64,000 bases of DNA from an uncultured Gemmatimonadales bacterium (GTDB lineage: Bacteria > Gemmatimonadota > Gemmatimonadetes > Gemmatimonadales > Gemmatimonadaceae). The position numbers and the translations under genes are program-made. The stretch lies in NCBI GenBank assembly GCA_963850905.1, contig CAWKMU010000003.1:288001-352000 (forward strand). The letters run 5' to 3'. Each line of letters starts with the position of its first letter. The stretch's first letter is position 1. The notes beneath the pieces are model-generated. The model did not search any database, was not told the DNA's origin, and saw only the letters and a program-made list of their open reading frames with translations. Of the stretch, positions 61,828 to 64,000 are shown in pieces.

Positions 61828-61968
61828 TCATTCCCCCCTCAGCAACGCGGACGGCTGCACGGACAACGCCCGTCTTGCGGGGATCCACGTCGCGACGAAG
61901 CCGGGCGACTTCCGCAACGCCCTGACCGCGTAGCGCAGGTCCTCTCGAAACGAGTCGAGCAGGTGCAC
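61828..61968 (-). pseudogene. Internally deleted ABC-type (MacB/FtsX, ADOP-like) permease remnant; 46-aa open ORF
   Basis: GGAGGG RBS + GTG; translates MHLLDSFREDLRYAVRALRKSPGF-VATWIPARRALSVQPSALLRGE*. Confidence 0.8.
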
Positions 61969-62059
61969 GGTCCCTCCGGCGCCGTTTGGTCTATTTTGGA
62001 CAACGGCCCGGGGGAATGGGCGGTTTCAGGGGGTCGGGAGCGCGCTCTGGATCGCGGCT

Positions 62060-62097
62060 GTCCACGCCGACATGTAGGGGCGGCCTTCAGGCCGCCC
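62060..62097. repeat. REP copy
   Basis: tccacgccgacatgtaggggcggccttcaggccgccc, matching the copy near 43008. Confidence 0.85.
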
Positions 62098-62158
62098 ACC
62101 CGCCGCCGCCGTGCGGTGGCCGTTCTCGTCACCCGTTACCCGGCTTCTCGCTCTCGCC

Positions 62159-63139
62159 CTATCTCGAAAAATTGAACGAAAACTCAAACGTCCCCGCGCC
62201 CGTGCTCGATGGCGGGAACTGCCAGGCACGCGCCTTCTCGAGGATGCAGCCCTCCGCGGGGGCGGCCCCCGGGCCCGACCACGTGCGCCGGCTGACCTTC
62301 GCGTTCGTGACCGTGCCGTTCACGGCCAAGGTCAGCGCGACGGTCACCGATCCCGCGAGGTCCGGGTTCACCTTGAGCCCGTACTCGTCGTAGCAGAAGC
62401 GGAGCTGCGACTCGTGCTCACGCACGGACGTCCCCAGTGCCCCCACATCGCGCGTCGGTGCCCCGAACCCCGCGACGTCGATCGCACGCGGTGCGGATAC
62501 GCTCACACCTTCGTGGCCAATGCCTCCACCGCCATTCACACCCCCGATGGCGCCCACCGCGCCCGCGCCGCCCATGTCGCTGCGCCCCGGAGTCCGCACA
62601 CCCTGACCACCCTGGCCGTAGGCCAACACGGTCTTGCCGACCGCCTCGCCCGGCCTGGGCGCGCCGGCGTTCGCGACTGCCACGCCGCGCAACACGTTGG
62701 ACACGTCCCCGACGGGCCCGTTCTTGGGCGCGGCCCCGCCGAAAGCGGAGCTGAACGCCGCGGCGCGTTTCGCTTCCTTCTCGGCCGCCGTGGGCTGCGG
62801 CTTGGGCGCCGCCGGCGCAGGAGCCGGCTTCGGAGCTGGAGCGGGCGCCGCGGCGACGGGCTCCGGCTTCGGCGGCGCCGGAGGCGGCGGCTCGAATTTC
62901 ACGTCGATCGGACGCTCCTCCGGCGGGAGCAGATGGGTCACATCGGTGGTCGGCCCGAATGCCACCAAAAGGACCCACAGCACCCCGACCGTGCCGGAAA
63001 TGACCCACGAACCGAGAAGACCGCGACCTTCTTCGTCGGCCAGCTCGTAGCGCAGGTTCCGCGTGAACGTCGCCTCGTCCCGCACGGGCGCGGGCCGACT
63101 GACGCGGCGCGGCGTGGTCCGGCGCTCAGCCTGCGGCAT
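62159..63139 (-). CDS. TonB/TolA-like energy transducer with AgmX/PglI-type C-terminal domain
   Basis: Single TM helix, Pro/Ala-rich then Gly-rich linker, and LRFCYDEYGLKVNPDLAGSV...CILEKARAWQFP. Confidence 0.8.
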   Translation of the reverse strand: MPQAERRTTPRRVSRPAPVRDEATFTRNLRYELADEEGRGLLGSWVISGTVGVLWVLLVAFGPTTDVTHLLPPEERPIDVKFEPPPPAPPKPEPVAAAPAPAPKPAPAPAAPKPQPTAAEKEAKRAAAFSSAFGGAAPKNGPVGDVSNVLRGVAVANAGAPRPGEAVGKTVLAYGQGGQGVRTPGRSDMGGAGAVGAIGGVNGGGGIGHEGVSVSAPRAIDVAGFGAPTRDVGALGTSVREHESQLRFCYDEYGLKVNPDLAGSVTVALTLAVNGTVTNAKVSRRTWSGPGAAPAEGCILEKARAWQFPPSSTGAGTFEFSFNFSR

Positions 63140-63668
63140 CAGTCACCCGACGCACTTGCAGCGACAGATTGCGGAACCCGGCCATGCGCGCCGTCTGCAT
63201 GATCCGAGACAGCAGGTCGTAGCGCATGGTGCGATCACCCTGAATCGCCAGCGGTGCATCGACGGGCTGGTCAGCCGGCTTCCGCGTCACGGCCCGGATC
63301 GAGTCCGCTCTGGATCGGAGTGCCGTATAGAGCGTTGGAATCAGGAGCGGCTCGCTCGGATCGTCGGACACCGATTGCGCAGCGTCGATCGTGTTCATGA
63401 CCGTCGTGCCAGCGAGCGTCACTTGCCGGCCGACGCCGAGAGTGAGTTGCTGCAGCGCGTTCGTGCCGACGCGTGCTTCCGGCAGGGTGACGCCTGAAAC
63501 GACTGGTGCGAGCTCGCCCACCGTTGCCGTCACCAGCGCGAAGAAGACGATGGACACGAGCGTGTCCACGAGGGGAACGAGATTCAACTCGACAAGTCTG
63601 AACTTCTGAAATTGCTTCGCGCGCCGCATCTCGCGCGCGGCTCGGGCTCGGCTGATGTGTTGCGACAT
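63126..63668 (-). CDS. ExbD/TolR family protein
   Basis: ELNLVPLVDTL TM segment with the conserved Asp; IQGDRTMRYDLL..IMQTA..AGF. Confidence 0.9.
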   Translation of the reverse strand: MSQHISRARAAREMRRAKQFQKFRLVELNLVPLVDTLVSIVFFALVTATVGELAPVVSGVTLPEARVGTNALQQLTLGVGRQVTLAGTTVMNTIDAAQSVSDDPSEPLLIPTLYTALRSRADSIRAVTRKPADQPVDAPLAIQGDRTMRYDLLSRIMQTARMAGFRNLSLQVRRVTDAAG

Positions 63669-63671
63669 GGC

Positions 63672-64000
63672 TCAGGCCCCTCCAGCCGCGGTCGCCGGAG
63701 CCGCTCGCGACCGCGTCCCGAGTCCGACGTTGGGGAACCGCGCCATCTTGAGGCGCTCGAGCACATGCACGACGTTGTCGTAACTGACCTCGTCCGCCGG
63801 GATCACGAGGACGTCGTTGTTCTGCGGATAGCGATCATGAATGTCCGCCATGACCGACTGCAGTGTGTCCAGCGACGTCGGGCCTAATCCCATAATCTCC
63901 CGGTGGTATCCGCCTTCCCCTGAGTGCTCGATCATCAGGCGATCTGCCTGGATGCGCACCGCGAGCAGCAGATTCAGTTGATCCTTGTCCGCCGTCGAGG
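63672..64000 (-). CDS. Second ExbD/TolR family protein (5' end beyond the window)
   Basis: VIPADEVSYDNVVHVLERLK...FPNV periplasmic domain. Confidence 0.8.
   Translation of the reverse strand, partial: STADKDQLNLLLAVRIQADRLMIEHSGEGGYHREIMGLGPTSLDTLQSVMADIHDRYPQNNDVLVIPADEVSYDNVVHVLERLKMARFPNVGLGTRSRAAPATAAGGA

Noticed and set aside
1060..63202. Many long overlapping or antisense ORFs (e.g. 1060-2133, 11803-12954, 14169-15434, 20542-21717, 55419-56453, 62111-63202)
   Set aside because: Shadow ORFs expected in high-GC DNA. They are Arg/Pro-rich, lack motifs and overlap well-supported genes.
1..64000. tRNA, rRNA, integrase, transposase or prophage genes
   Set aside because: No such motifs recognised on either strand by eye. 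A tRNAscan/Rfam run would be needed to exclude small RNAs completely.

Overview
High-GC bacterial chromosomal window, most consistent with Gemmatimonadota (inferred from gene content and order, not from a marker gene). It is mostly housekeeping DNA: an archaeal-style nurA-herA-(secreted protein)-mre11/sbcD cluster cut off by the left edge, an aspartate aminotransferase, a degenerate DEAD-box protein, coaE-gcvH-lipoate ligase, an Opp/Dpp ABC transporter plus a POT transporter, a lipoprotein plus TPR-HD-GYP pair, an Omp85-type barrel, a C26 hydrolase, an SPFH operon, an M28 peptidase, a GT2-DUF3108 operon, lipA-pdhABC-lpdA-lipB, uvrD/pcrA, dnaE-accA-ricT-metG, an M23 peptidase, a susC/susD pair, lemA-TPM, and an ExbD/TolR + AgmX/PglI-type envelope motor cut off by the right edge. 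I found no rRNA, tRNA, CRISPR array, transposase or prophage. Highlights: (1) about 25 single-base insertions break conserved genes and mostly read as two alternative third-position bases written side by side, pointing to a mixed-strain consensus artefact rather than pseudogenes; (2) intergenic DNA is full of mosaic elements built from GTAG-type REPs, a shared GGCC-stem hairpin and several 7-bp tandem-repeat arms; (3) a 46-aa ORF missed by the ORF track joins the first and last ~20 residues of an ABC-type permease; (4) two paralogous TonB-C/AgmX-like proteins, one membrane-anchored and one a lipoprotein, sit with two ExbDs and LemA/TPM. All family calls come from motif recognition by eye; no database search was run.
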